Source: a bacterium (GTDB taxonomy: Bacteria > Planctomycetota > B15-G4). From it: DNA of 64,000 nt. How positions within the stretch are numbered: position 1 is the first letter of the stretch; every line of letters begins with the position of its first letter. The position numbers and the translations under genes are program-made. Shown piece after piece: positions 37,694 to 47,355 of the stretch. The notes beneath the pieces are model-generated. The model ran no database searches. It had not been told where the DNA came from and saw nothing but the letters and a program-made list of their open reading frames with translations. The stretch is taken from positions 18,105 through 82,104 of the forward strand of contig JAUIEF010000001.1 in assembly GCA_030428785.1 (NCBI GenBank). Reading direction: 5' to 3'.

Positions 37694-38965
37694 ATGCCGC
37701 ACGTCGACGCGTCCCGCACGTCCCGTCCGTCCGCCCCGTGGCCGCTCGCGGCGGCGCTCGTCGTCGCGCTGCTCGCGTCCGACGCGTCCGCGCAGCGCTC
37801 GCCGCACCGCGCGCTCCCCGCGCCGCGCCTCGACGTGACGACGACGGTCGCCCCCGAGGCGCGCGTCGTCCGTCGCGACGACCTGCGCGCCGGCGCCGGC
37901 TCGCGCCCGGTCGTCATGCTCACCGGCTACTGGCCGCCGTCGAACGAGATGATCCGGCACTTCGCGACGGACCCGTTCCAGAACCCCGGCGGCTGGGCCG
38001 GCGAGGACTGGGAGGGCCGCGGCTACGACATCAAGGCGTTCTTCCCGGAGTTCGTTCCGGGCTGCCTCACGTGTCTCCAGGGCATGGGCAAGCTCGAGGT
38101 CGACTATCAGGACACGTCGGACGACTTCTGGGCCATCGCCGACTTCGAGCGCCCCGTCGCGATCATCACGTTCAGCCGCGGCCTGAACGACATGAGCTGG
38201 GAGGTCGAGCTCAACCAGTACAACAAGGACCAGTGGGGTCCGGACTACTCCGTGCCGAAGCTCCCGACGCCCAACCCTCCCGACGCGTCCGTGCCGGTCG
38301 ACTTCCTGCGCCCGTCGAACCTGCCCATGCAGGGCATCGTGGACGCCGTCGACGCGCTGGGCTTCAACCTCGACCCGTACATCTGCATCAGCGGCGACGG
38401 CGGCGGCTTCCTCTCCGAGTTCATCGCGTACCACGGCACGTGGTACCGCGACCTGCACGACCAGCCGTCGGACCCGGCGTGGACGATCGCCGCGGGGCAC
38501 GTGCACGTCGGCGGCAAGATCCTCGTGGGCCGCGCGCGGCTCGCTGCGGAGGCGACGCTCCGCGCGGTGCTCGACCACCTCGACACGGTCATCCCGCCGG
38601 TGACCTGCCAGGCGGACCTCGGCTTCGGCGGGCCGGGCGCGAGCGCGCTCTCGCTGTGCGGCGAGCCGCTCGCGACGGGCGGCACGGCCGACCTCGTGCT
38701 CACGGGCGCGCCGCCGTCGACCACGGCCTTCCTCGTCGCGGGACTCGACGGGACGCCGACGCCCTTCGCGGGCGGGCAGCTCGTCCCGCTGCCGGCGCTC
38801 AAGGTGCTCGCGTTCCCGACGGACGCGACGGGCTCGCTCACCGTCCCGGCGATCGGCGGCGGCGGCGGTCCGGTCGCGTTCTACCTCCAGGCGGTCGTCG
38901 CCGACGGCGGCCAGCCGTTCGGCTTCGGCCTCTCGAACGCGCTCCAGGTGCAGCTCCTGCCGTAG
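37694..38965 (+). CDS. Secreted protein with a pyroglutamyl-peptidase-I-like (C15-fold) domain (tentative) and the shared C-terminal module
   Basis: Track ORF 37685..38965. ATG 37694 lies 9 nt after GGAGGAG. Signal WPLAAALVVALLASDASAQ. By-eye similarity to C15 peptidases: VMLTGYWPP / WEVE / GGGFLSEFIAYH / AGHVHVG. Confidence 0.75.
   Translation: MPHVDASRTSRPSAPWPLAAALVVALLASDASAQRSPHRALPAPRLDVTTTVAPEARVVRRDDLRAGAGSRPVVMLTGYWPPSNEMIRHFATDPFQNPGGWAGEDWEGRGYDIKAFFPEFVPGCLTCLQGMGKLEVDYQDTSDDFWAIADFERPVAIITFSRGLNDMSWEVELNQYNKDQWGPDYSVPKLPTPNPPDASVPVDFLRPSNLPMQGIVDAVDALGFNLDPYICISGDGGGFLSEFIAYHGTWYRDLHDQPSDPAWTIAAGHVHVGGKILVGRARLAAEATLRAVLDHLDTVIPPVTCQADLGFGGPGASALSLCGEPLATGGTADLVLTGAPPSTTAFLVAGLDGTPTPFAGGQLVPLPALKVLAFPTDATGSLTVPAIGGGGGPVAFYLQAVVADGGQPFGFGLSNALQVQLLP
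38606..38965 (+). other. Shared C-terminal module, instance E
   Basis: CQADLGFGGPGASALSLCGEPLATGGTADLVLTGAPPSTTAFLVAGLDGTPTPFAGGQLVPLPALKVLAFPTDATGSLTVPAIGGGGGPVAFYLQAVVADGGQPFGFGLSNALQVQLLP-stop. Confidence 0.75.
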
Positions 38966-38982
38966 GGCCGGACTCGCGGACT

Positions 38983-39011
38983 CCCGGCTCGACGCACCCG
39001 CGGGAGCCGGG
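38983..39011. terminator. Possible bidirectional stem-loop between convergent genes
   Basis: CCCGGCTC-13 nt-GAGCCGGG (8-bp stem) between the stops at 38965 and 39058. No U-tract. Confidence 0.3.
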
Positions 39012-39057
39012 CCGGCCGTCGCGCGCACCCGCGGCGACCGGCCCGGCGACGTGAGGA

Positions 39058-40734
39058 CTACTGCACCACGAGCGTCCCCGCGTTGGACATGGTCGGAGCG
39101 AAGGCCGCGATCCTCCACTGCGCGTGGAAGGCCGAGCCCACGATCGCGGCCGGCGTCGTCGGCAGCAGGAGCGTGCCCGCGCCCGCCGCGTTCACCGTGA
39201 CCGCCGGCTGCGGCGTCGCCGTCGCGAAGTCGATCCACGTCGTGGGACCGCCGGCCGTGAGCGGCGACGTGAAGAGCACCGCGTTGGCGCCCGCCGGCGC
39301 GTTGACCACGCCGATCTTGAGCTCGCCCGTGTTGATGAGCGGCGAGTTCACGACGATGTCCGGATTCGGCAGCGCGGGCGAGGTGCCCGTGCCGTGCTCG
39401 TTCGTCGCGAAGGGCACGCGGTCCGCGTAGAGGTCCGGGTGGTCGAAGGGCGGCTTGCCGACCTCGAGCCGCGGGTCCGTGAGCGCGCGCAGGAACGCAC
39501 GGACGTCACGCAGCTGCGTCGCCGGGAGCGGCGCGCCCGCGAAGGGGAAGGCCGGCGCGCCGATCTGCGTGTTGTCGAACGCGAGCAGGTCGGGCAGCGT
39601 CTTGAGCGAGCCGTTGTGCAGGAAGTGCGTGCGCAGCGCCACGTTGCGGAGCGTCGGCGTCTTGACGTTCGTCGTCCCCGTCCCCACCGGCGGCGGCACG
39701 TTGATCGAGTGGTTGATGCCGTCGGAGAAGAGGTTGTCGAACGGGTTCGTCAGCCCGCCGCCGGCCACCTGCGTGGGGTTGCCGGTCACGGAGTGGCACC
39801 CGAAGCAACCGCTGCCCTGCATGATCGCCATGCCGTTCGCCTCGGAGGCCGTGAGCGTCCGCGTGTCGATGGGCGCCTGGTCCGGGATGAGCGTGCGCTC
39901 GTAGGTCGCGACGGAGAGCGCGAACCGCTCGCGCGTGAGGCCGATCGCGCCGCCGAACAACGGGTGCCCCGCGAACGCGATGTCCGCGAGGGAGTTGTAG
40001 TCCGGCGCGAGCCCGATGAAGCCGGCGACCGGCGCCGGGATCGTGCCGGGCGTCGCGAGCGCGAGCGGGCGCGCGGGACCGAGCCGCGCCTGGATGAGCC
40101 CCGACGGCCACGTGAGCCCGGCGTGCGACATCTCGACGCTGTTCACCGGCGGCCCGACGGCCTGCGACTCGAGCCCCGAGAACGCGGGGAACTGGTCGAT
40201 GCCGCCGAGCAGGAACGGGTTGCCGAACGCGTCCGTGAAGTTCGGACCGGCCGACTGGTTCCACAGCACCTGCGCGAAGAACGCGGCGGCGATGTTCGTC
40301 GGCACCGCGATCGGCGTGACCTGCCGGCCCATCGTCAGGCCGGGGAAGTCGGTGTACTGGTTGCCCGCGTCCTGCGGGACCATGCCGAGGCTGCCGCGCT
40401 TGCCGCCCGTCGTCGACGGGTAGGCGCCGCGCGGGTCGACACCGCCGACGGCCGGGATGTGGCACGTGCCGCACGACATCGTGCGGTCGCTCGACACCTG
40501 CTCGTCCCAGAACAGCGCCTTGCCGAGGAGCGCCTGGCGCTCCGTGGCGCTGCCGGGAAGCGGGACGAACGGCTGGCCGGCCGCGTTGACGAACGGGTTG
40601 CCGGGCGGCGTCTGGAGGCTCGGCCAGTTCTGGCCGGCGACGGCCGTGCCGATGATCTGCGCGGAGGCCGCCGGGAGCAGCGCGCACGCGAGGAGCGCGG
40701 TTGCGAGTGAACGGATGGGAACGGGGTTCTTCAT
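39058..40734 (-). CDS. Di-haem cytochrome c peroxidase (CCP/MauG family) with an extra C-terminal beta-rich region
   Basis: Track ORF 39058..40986 trimmed to ATG 40734 (MKNPVPIRSLATALLACALLPAASAQ). Haem motifs CGTCH and CFGCH. The C-terminal ~100 aa end ..MSNAGTLVVQ. Confidence 0.88.
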   Translation of the reverse strand: MKNPVPIRSLATALLACALLPAASAQIIGTAVAGQNWPSLQTPPGNPFVNAAGQPFVPLPGSATERQALLGKALFWDEQVSSDRTMSCGTCHIPAVGGVDPRGAYPSTTGGKRGSLGMVPQDAGNQYTDFPGLTMGRQVTPIAVPTNIAAAFFAQVLWNQSAGPNFTDAFGNPFLLGGIDQFPAFSGLESQAVGPPVNSVEMSHAGLTWPSGLIQARLGPARPLALATPGTIPAPVAGFIGLAPDYNSLADIAFAGHPLFGGAIGLTRERFALSVATYERTLIPDQAPIDTRTLTASEANGMAIMQGSGCFGCHSVTGNPTQVAGGGLTNPFDNLFSDGINHSINVPPPVGTGTTNVKTPTLRNVALRTHFLHNGSLKTLPDLLAFDNTQIGAPAFPFAGAPLPATQLRDVRAFLRALTDPRLEVGKPPFDHPDLYADRVPFATNEHGTGTSPALPNPDIVVNSPLINTGELKIGVVNAPAGANAVLFTSPLTAGGPTTWIDFATATPQPAVTVNAAGAGTLLLPTTPAAIVGSAFHAQWRIAAFAPTMSNAGTLVVQ

Positions 40735-41099
40735 CGAGGGTCTCGTCTCGGGGAACACGGAACGAGACCGCGGGGCGTGCGCCCGTCCGGAGCGACACGC
40801 GTCGACCGGGGGACCGGCGCGGGACGGACCGCTCCCAGGAGCGGCCAGGTGGTTCACCTCGTCCCGACACGAGGTCCTCTGTCGCCGACCGCACGACGGC
40901 CGGCTCCACGCGTTCCATGATCCGGCGGGGCGCCGGATCACGGTGTGTGATCCGACGGGATCCCGTCGGGCTGCCCCACGGTCCACTGTCGAGGCGAGCG
41001 CGTGGAACGCCGTGCCGGGGACAGCTGAATCGGGTTCCGCGCGAGAACCTCGTTCCGCACCCGTGACGTCGCGCGCGGGCGGCGCGCGGGAACGACGGT

Positions 41100-42158
41100 T
41101 CAGCCGTCGCCGACGGTGACCGCGAACTCCGGGACCGCGCCCGACGCGACGGGGACGCGCGCGTCCGCGGGATCATCGGACGCGGCCTGCTCCGCCTCCG
41201 AGCGCGCGAGGCGCTCCGCCATGCGCTTGAGGTTGCCGAGCCCCGCGGTGACCGCGTGGCGCTGCGCGAACTCGAAGTCCGGCAGCCCCGCCATGTCGAA
41301 GCCGAGGCTGCGCACGACGACCGTCGCGACGAACGCACCGTCCGAGTCGCGCACCGGCAGGAACACGTCGCGCCCCTCGAACCAGTGGACGTCCTCGCCC
41401 ACGGCGTACACGTCCGTGACGAGGTGGCCGTGCGCGTCGAGCCGGCTCAGGCTGTGGACGCGCGCGCCGACCGTGCCGAACGGCCACGGCACGTCCATCA
41501 CGAACGTGAACTGCAGGCCGACGAACGGGCCGATGCCGTCGTCCTCGCCGCGCAGGAAGCTGCCGGGCACGAGGTCGACGCGCTCGTAGACGACGCCGAT
41601 CATGCGCGTCGCCTCGCGGTGGTCGTTCTCCGCGCGCTTGATCGTCCCGAGGTCGGCGCGGATCAGGCCCGCCGCCTGGAACACCTCGCGCTCGGGACGC
41701 CCCACGCCCGACGACTCCAGCGCGCGTTCGGGGCCCTGCGCGATCGCATCGCGCGCGTCGTCGGCGTCGGGCTCCCAGTCGTCGTCGAGCAGTCCGGCCT
41801 CGCGCACGAGCTGCTCGACGAGCGCGCGCTCGCCCCGACCGAGGCCGTCCCACCCGCGCAGGCGCCGGGCGAGCAGCCGATCGACGGCGTCCGCGTCGCC
41901 GCGGATCGCCGTCGTCTCGCGGACGAGGTCGCCGAGGCGGCCGCCGTGCTCCCCCGCGAGGAGGGCGCGCACCTCGGCGGCGAACCCGCCGGGCCGCGGC
42001 TCCCACGCGAGGGCGCGGCGCGAGGAGAAGCCCGTGTCCTCGAGGGAGCCCTCGCGCGCCTCCACCCGGCGGGGCGCCGGCCCGTCGCCGGGAGCGTCGC
42101 CGTCGGCCGGGAGACCGACGATCAACGCGGACGCGAGGAGCAGCGCGGGCGGGAGCAT
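41100..42158 (-). CDS. Secreted hypothetical protein
   Basis: Full track ORF. Signal MLPPALLLASALIVGLPADG. Composition is protein-like, whereas the R-rich overlapping ORFs 41173..42558(-) and 41256..42746(+) are not. No motif recognised. Confidence 0.7.
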   Translation of the reverse strand: MLPPALLLASALIVGLPADGDAPGDGPAPRRVEAREGSLEDTGFSSRRALAWEPRPGGFAAEVRALLAGEHGGRLGDLVRETTAIRGDADAVDRLLARRLRGWDGLGRGERALVEQLVREAGLLDDDWEPDADDARDAIAQGPERALESSGVGRPEREVFQAAGLIRADLGTIKRAENDHREATRMIGVVYERVDLVPGSFLRGEDDGIGPFVGLQFTFVMDVPWPFGTVGARVHSLSRLDAHGHLVTDVYAVGEDVHWFEGRDVFLPVRDSDGAFVATVVVRSLGFDMAGLPDFEFAQRHAVTAGLGNLKRMAERLARSEAEQAASDDPADARVPVASGAVPEFAVTVGDG

Positions 42159-42197
42159 GCCCGGGGTTCGCCCCCGCCCGCGCCGCGGATGCGCCCC

Positions 42198-42671
42198 TCA
42201 GGCCGCGGTCTGCAGGAAGCCGCCGAGCTTGCCGAAGGCCGCGGTCCAGCCGCCGCGCACGATGTCGCGCAGCGGGAAGCCGCCCGGGACCTCCATGTCG
42301 GGGATGCCCTCGTGGACGAGCTCGACCCGCGTGCCGCCGTCCACCTCGGTGAAGGTCACCGTGACGACCATGCCGGGCGCGGGGCTCGCGTCGGCGACGT
42401 CCTTCCACTGGAGCTTCGACGGCGGGTCGTAGATCGTGAAGACCGCCTGCGACGGGTGCTCGTGCTGTCCGTCGATCGTCATGAGGTGGTTGTACTTGCC
42501 GCCCACCTCGCGCTCGATCTCGCAGGTCACGGCGGTCGTCTGCGCGCACCCCCACCACTGCTCGACCTGGTTCGTCGCGACCCAGGCCTCGAACACCGCT
42601 TCGCGCGGCGCGTCGTACACGCGGGTCACGTGGAGCTTCCCGTCCTCGAACCGCGTCTCGGTCTCCGTCAT
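42198..42671 (-). CDS. SRPBCC (AHSA1/START-like) domain protein
   Basis: Track ORF 42198..42800 trimmed to ATG 42671 (1-nt overlap with the ArsR stop). MTETETRFEDGKLHVTRVYDAPREAVFEAWVATNQVEQWWG. Confidence 0.85.
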   Translation of the reverse strand: MTETETRFEDGKLHVTRVYDAPREAVFEAWVATNQVEQWWGCAQTTAVTCEIEREVGGKYNHLMTIDGQHEHPSQAVFTIYDPPSKLQWKDVADASPAPGMVVTVTFTEVDGGTRVELVHEGIPDMEVPGGFPLRDIVRGGWTAAFGKLGGFLQTAA

Positions 42672-43045
42672 CACGTCTCCTTCTTCGTGTCGCGGCGCGG
42701 CGCGGGGGCCGACGCCTCGGTCTTCATGTCGTGTGCTTCGAGGTAGGCCTCGACGGCGTCGAACTGCCGCTTCCAGTGCCGGGCGTAGTGCCCGATCCAC
42801 GAGCGCGCCTCCTCGAGCGGCGCGGGCACCGCGCGGATGCGGTGCTCGCGGCCGTGCTTCGTCCGCGCGACGAGGCCGGCGCGCTCGAGCACCGCGAGGT
42901 GCTTGGAGACGGCCGGCTGCGAGATGTCGTACGGCTCGGCGAGGGTGCGCACGTTCGTCTCCCCCTCCGCGAGGCGTTCCAGCATGCCGCGCCGGGTGGG
43001 GTCGGAGAGGGCTCCGAAGACGAGGTCGAGCTCGATGCGTTTCAT
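42671..43045 (-). CDS. ArsR/SmtB family transcriptional regulator
   Basis: Full track ORF. FGALSDPTRRGMLERLAEGETNVRTLAEPYDISQPAVSKHLAVLERAGLV. Confidence 0.92.
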   Translation of the reverse strand: MKRIELDLVFGALSDPTRRGMLERLAEGETNVRTLAEPYDISQPAVSKHLAVLERAGLVARTKHGREHRIRAVPAPLEEARSWIGHYARHWKRQFDAVEAYLEAHDMKTEASAPAPRRDTKKET

Positions 43046-43059
43046 AACCGACCGGTTAT
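43044..43059. promoter_or_regulatory. Palindrome overlapping the ArsR start codon (candidate auto-operator)
   Basis: ATAACCG-ac-CGGTTAT (7-bp perfect arms) in a locally AT-rich patch. Confidence 0.4.
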
Positions 43060-43308
43060 GTATCCGATCTCCGGGAGGCCGTCAAGACCCGGGCGGATTC
43101 CGCGGAACAAAGGAGGGCCCCGGGCGACCTCCTGCGCGCGGCCGCCCGGTCCCGTCCGCGCGGTCGCCGTCGGCACAGGCGGCGGCCGCCGCTCACCTCC
43201 TCCTCCCCCGCGTCGCGGGCACCACGCGACGCACCCGACGGGGCCGGGCGGCCGGTTCCCCGGCGCGCGCGCCCTGCTACGCTCGGCGCCCCCACCGGAG
43301 CGCCGTCG

Positions 43309-43881
43309 ATGCCCGCACCCGCCCCCTCGTCCGTCGCGCGCCGCGCGGCCGCCGCGCTCCTGCTCGCCGCGCTCGCGGCCTGCAGCAGCCCCATCGAGAC
43401 CGTGCGCGTGCCGGGCGTCGGGCCCGCCTGGGTCCCCGTGTTCTCCAAGGTCCGTGACGTCGGCGAGGGCGCGGTCGCCGTGTGGGTCCCCGTCGGCGAG
43501 GAGCCGTCCTCGTGGACGCGCCGCATGCTCGTCGAGTTCGTCGAGGGCTCGACGGAGTCGCCCGCGTCCTTCGTCGCGACGCAGCGCCGGGCGGTCGAGA
43601 CGTCGTGCGGCGCGGCCGCCGCCTTCACGGTGCTCGAGTCCGACGACTTCGGCGTGCTCTACGAGCTGCGCGTCTTCGGCTGCGACGCCCGCGAGGACCT
43701 GCACGAGCTCGGCCACGTGCTCCGCGGCCGCGACGGCCTGCACCGCATCGTCATGTCGCAGCGACCGGACGCGCTCGACCCGACGACGCGCGCCGTCTGG
43801 CTGCGACGCCTCGCGGAGAGCGTCGTCATCAAGGGCGACGACATGACGCCGGTGTTCGAGGAGGAGCTCCTCGTGCGGTGA
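43309..43881 (+). CDS. Lipoprotein, function unknown
   Basis: Full track ORF. Lipobox LAAC in MPAPAPSSVARRAAAALLLAALAACSSP. Confidence 0.7.
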   Translation: MPAPAPSSVARRAAAALLLAALAACSSPIETVRVPGVGPAWVPVFSKVRDVGEGAVAVWVPVGEEPSSWTRRMLVEFVEGSTESPASFVATQRRAVETSCGAAAAFTVLESDDFGVLYELRVFGCDAREDLHELGHVLRGRDGLHRIVMSQRPDALDPTTRAVWLRRLAESVVIKGDDMTPVFEEELLVR

Positions 43882-43890
43882 GCGCGCGTG

Positions 43891-45279
43891 TCACAGGGAC
43901 GAGACGACCCACGTGAACGCGACGAACCCGAACACGAAGACCATGAAGGACGCCGCGGCGACCTTGCGCGTCGCGTCCATCTCCTCCGAACGCGCCCGGA
44001 GCGCGAGCCAGGCGTCGCGGTCCGCGGCCTGCCAGGTCGCCACCTCCGCGCGCTCGACGTCGACGTCCTCGAGCGCGCGCTCGGAGAGTCGCTCGACGTA
44101 GGGCGCCGCCGCCTCGCGGTGGGCCTCGACCGCCGTGGACGTCACGACCCACGTGCCGGCCGCGAGCGCGAGCGCGACCGTCCACGCGGCGACGAGCGCG
44201 CGCTTCCCGGGCGGTCGCCCGAGCGTGACCATCGCCGGCAGCACGAGCACGCCGAGGCAGGCCGCCGCGGGTCCCGCGCCCGGCACGCCGAGCTGCCAGA
44301 GCACGCCGCCGACGAGGATCGCGCCGAGCATCCCGAGCAGCCAGTGCGTGCGCACGAGCTGCGCCGGCGAGAGCGCGTGCCGCCCGTCGCGGTCGAACCG
44401 CAGCACGAGGTCGAAGACCGGCGCCGCGACCCAGCTCATGAGCACGAACGCGACGAGCGCGCCGTAGAGCGTCCACATCACGGGCGCGAGCGCGGGCTGG
44501 CTCTCGGCGACGCGCCGCAGGCCGTTCCGCGCGACGACCGTGCCGATCATGATCATCCACGCCGTGCGCGGCGGCACGCGCGTGAGCAGCAGCGCGCCGC
44601 GCAGGAACACGCGGTACACGACGTTGCGCGCGTGGAGCGCCTCGACGAGCCCCTCGCGCGACGCCTCGTCGGTCGGATCCAGCCGCAGCGCCTCGCGGTA
44701 GTGGACGATCGCCTCGTGCGCGTCGCCGCGGTGCAACGCGGCCCAGCCGAGGTTCCGGTGCGTGTCGGGGTTCTCCGGGTCGCGGCTCAGCGTCGCGTCG
44801 AGCGCGAGGTCCGCCTCCTGCCCGCGCCCGAGCTGGATGAGGCACATGGCACGCAGGTTCGCGCACTCGTCGTCCTCGGGGTCGAGCTCGAGGCCGCGCT
44901 CCGCCGCGTCGCGCCCGGCCTCCCACTGCCGGCGCGCCATGAACGTGTGCGCGAGCACGGCGTGGTTCGCCGCCGACTCCGGGTCGAGGCCGACGGCCTC
45001 GCGCGCGGACGCCTCCGCGGGGCCCGCCCGCCCGTTCGCGAGGAGCGCGTGCGCGAGCAGGCGGTGCGCGACGTCCCAGTCCGGCGCGAGGCCCACCGCG
45101 TGCTCCGACTCAGTCAGCGCGTCCTCCGGCTTGCCCAGGTCGAGGTGGCAGGCGGCGAGCCGCACGAGGCTCGCGACGTCCTCCGGGTCCTCCGAGAGCG
45201 CGCGCCGCAGGTGCTCCTCCGCGAGGTCCGGCCGCCGCTGCTCGACGAGCAGCCGTCCGTGCTCGGCGGCGCCGCTCAC
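43891..45279 (-). CDS. TPR repeat protein with a C-terminal polytopic (~6 TM) membrane domain
   Basis: In the frame of track ORF 43891..46677. GTG 45279 overlaps the AAA gene stop (GTGA). TPRs (DVASLVRLAACHLDLGKPEDAL..., NPDTHRNLGWAALHRGDAHEAIVHYREALRLDP). TM helices include VMWTLYGALVAFVLMSWVAAPVF, HWLLGMLGAILVGGVLW and FMVFVFGFVAFTWVV. Confidence 0.8.
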   Translation of the reverse strand: MSGAAEHGRLLVEQRRPDLAEEHLRRALSEDPEDVASLVRLAACHLDLGKPEDALTESEHAVGLAPDWDVAHRLLAHALLANGRAGPAEASAREAVGLDPESAANHAVLAHTFMARRQWEAGRDAAERGLELDPEDDECANLRAMCLIQLGRGQEADLALDATLSRDPENPDTHRNLGWAALHRGDAHEAIVHYREALRLDPTDEASREGLVEALHARNVVYRVFLRGALLLTRVPPRTAWMIMIGTVVARNGLRRVAESQPALAPVMWTLYGALVAFVLMSWVAAPVFDLVLRFDRDGRHALSPAQLVRTHWLLGMLGAILVGGVLWQLGVPGAGPAAACLGVLVLPAMVTLGRPPGKRALVAAWTVALALAAGTWVVTSTAVEAHREAAAPYVERLSERALEDVDVERAEVATWQAADRDAWLALRARSEEMDATRKVAAASFMVFVFGFVAFTWVVSSL

Positions 45280-46703
45280 CGGTCGATGCCCAGCCACGCG
45301 AGGATGTCGTCGTAGAGCCCGCCCTCGTTCGCGTAGAGCGCGTGGTTGCGCGCGGTCTTGAACCACTCGCGCGTGCTCGGCTTGACGGCCTTCGCCGCGG
45401 CGAGCAGGTCCTTCGTGGAGAGCGGCTCGGGGACGCCGCTCTTGAAGGCCGTGCGCAGCTTGGTCTCGATCGCGGTCTCGACGACGGCGCGCAGGTCGGC
45501 GCCGGAGAAGTCCTTGGTCTTGCGCGCCACGGCGCCGACGTCCGCGTCGCCGGCGGGCTTGTCGCGCAGCAGGACGCGCAGGATCTCGGCGCGCGCCTCC
45601 TCGTCGGGCGGCGGCACGAAGAGGATGCGGTCGAAGCGCCCCGGCCGGCGGAAGGCCGCGTCGAGGTGCCACGGCGCGTTCGTCGCGGCGAGCACGAGCA
45701 GGCCCTCGTTGTCCGAGTCGACGCCGTCGAGCTCCGCGAGGAACTGGTTGATGACCTGACGCCCCGCCGACTGGCGCATGTCGCGCCGGCTCGCGGCGAG
45801 CGCGTCGACCTCGTCGAAGAAGAGCACCGACGGCACGTGCGCCCGCGCCGACCCGAAGATGTCGCGCAGGTTGCGCTCGCTCTCGCCGACGTACATCGCG
45901 AGCACGTCGCTGATGGAGACCGAGAGGAAGCTCGCCTCGACCTCGCCGGCCGTCGCACGCGCGAGGTGCGTCTTGCCGCAGCCCGGCGGGCCGTAGAGCA
46001 GGATGCCGCCGCCGGCCTTCTTGCCGTAGGCCGCGTAGAGCTCCGGGTGCTGGAGCGGCTGGATGATCTTGAGGCCGATCTCGTCCTTCAGCGACTGCAT
46101 GCCGCCCACGTCGGCGAAGGTGATCCGGCTGCGCTCGACGTAGGGCTCGAAGCGGCCGCCGGGCGCGTCGCCCTGCGCGAACTCGAGGAGCGGGTCGTCG
46201 TCGGGGTCGTCCGCGCCGAAGGTCGCGTCGTCGTCGGGGCGGCGGAGCGCGTCGCCGGGTCGTCCCGTCCCGGTCGGCGCGTCCCCGCGACGGGGCGGCG
46301 TCGCGCGCGGACGCGCGAGGTGCTCGAGCCGGGGGTCGGTCGCGTCGGCGTCGAGCGCGAGCGCGCGCCGGTAGCACGTGCCCGCCCGTCGCGGGTCCTC
46401 GCGCTCGTGGTGGCAGCGCGCGGCGACGAGCCAGGCGCGCGCGGGGGCGGCGTCGCCCTCGAGCAGCTCGTCGAGCACGGCGAGCGCCTCGCCGAACCGC
46501 CCGAGCCCGTAGAACGCCTCCGCGAGCGCGACCTTGAGGCCGGGCCGGTCGGGGTCGCGCTCGAGCCCCTCGCGGACGAGGCGCTCGACGTCGCGGTAGA
46601 GGTGGCGCTCGAGGAGCATGGCCGCGAGGCTCTCGCGCAGCGGCACGTTGTCCGGGCTCTGCCGCACGGCCTCCCACAGTCCCGCGAGGACGGGATCCTC
46701 CAT
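45276..46703 (-). CDS. AAA+ ATPase (classical AAA clade) with an N-terminal TPR domain
   Basis: Full track ORF; GGAGGAG lies upstream. Walker A GPPGCGKT, Walker B VLFFDEVD, SRH-like ATNAPWHLDAAFRRPGRFDR. The N-terminal ~200 aa are TPR-like. Confidence 0.92.
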   Translation of the reverse strand: MEDPVLAGLWEAVRQSPDNVPLRESLAAMLLERHLYRDVERLVREGLERDPDRPGLKVALAEAFYGLGRFGEALAVLDELLEGDAAPARAWLVAARCHHEREDPRRAGTCYRRALALDADATDPRLEHLARPRATPPRRGDAPTGTGRPGDALRRPDDDATFGADDPDDDPLLEFAQGDAPGGRFEPYVERSRITFADVGGMQSLKDEIGLKIIQPLQHPELYAAYGKKAGGGILLYGPPGCGKTHLARATAGEVEASFLSVSISDVLAMYVGESERNLRDIFGSARAHVPSVLFFDEVDALAASRRDMRQSAGRQVINQFLAELDGVDSDNEGLLVLAATNAPWHLDAAFRRPGRFDRILFVPPPDEEARAEILRVLLRDKPAGDADVGAVARKTKDFSGADLRAVVETAIETKLRTAFKSGVPEPLSTKDLLAAAKAVKPSTREWFKTARNHALYANEGGLYDDILAWLGIDR

Positions 46704-46778
46704 CGACGACTCTCCTCCGAGGTGTCGCGGCGCGCTCCCCGGCAGCCGCTCCGCACGTCGCCGGATCCTAGCAGGTGC

Positions 46779-47354
46779 TCAGCGGGCGCGGCGCACCGGG
46801 CTGAGCGCGAGCGTCAGGCAGGACATCCCGTCGCGCTCGGGGTCGTCCTGCTCGGCGACGTAGGCGGCGAGGTCCTCGAGGCGACGGTTCACCTCGGCGA
46901 GCGCGGCGGGCGAGAGGCGGCCCTGCGCCTGGACGAGGACGTTGCGGCGCCGACCGCGCGGCCGGTCGGGCTGCCGCTCGCCCGCGGCCTCCGCGTAGAG
47001 CCGCGCCGCGAGCCGGAGCATGCCGCGCCCCGCGCGGGCGACCTCCTCGGCGACACGCCGGCTCCCGCCGCCGCGCAGCTCCACCTCCCCGCCGCCGGCC
47101 AGCTCGTAGAGCGTCTCGGGCCGCCGGTCCGTCGCCCGCTCGCCGGCGGCGCGCACCACGCCGACCTCCACGAGCCGGCGCACGTGGTAGTAGAGCGAGG
47201 CCGGCGCCATGCCCACCTGCTCGGCGAGCTCGCGGACGCTCGCCGGACCGAGCCGCTCGAGCGCGCCGAGGAGCCGGTGCGCGGTGGGGCTCGACGCGGC
47301 GCGCACCTGGGCGGGCCGCGAGAGCACGAGCGGGCGACGTCGGCGGCGGGCCAT
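46779..47354 (-). CDS. ArsR-like winged-helix regulator with a C-terminal extension (paralog of 29788..30366)
   Basis: Full track ORF. ASVRELAEQVGMAPASLYYHVRRLVEVGVVRAAGER. Confidence 0.85.
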   Translation of the reverse strand: MARRRRRPLVLSRPAQVRAASSPTAHRLLGALERLGPASVRELAEQVGMAPASLYYHVRRLVEVGVVRAAGERATDRRPETLYELAGGGEVELRGGGSRRVAEEVARAGRGMLRLAARLYAEAAGERQPDRPRGRRRNVLVQAQGRLSPAALAEVNRRLEDLAAYVAEQDDPERDGMSCLTLALSPVRRAR

Positions 47355-47355
47355 G

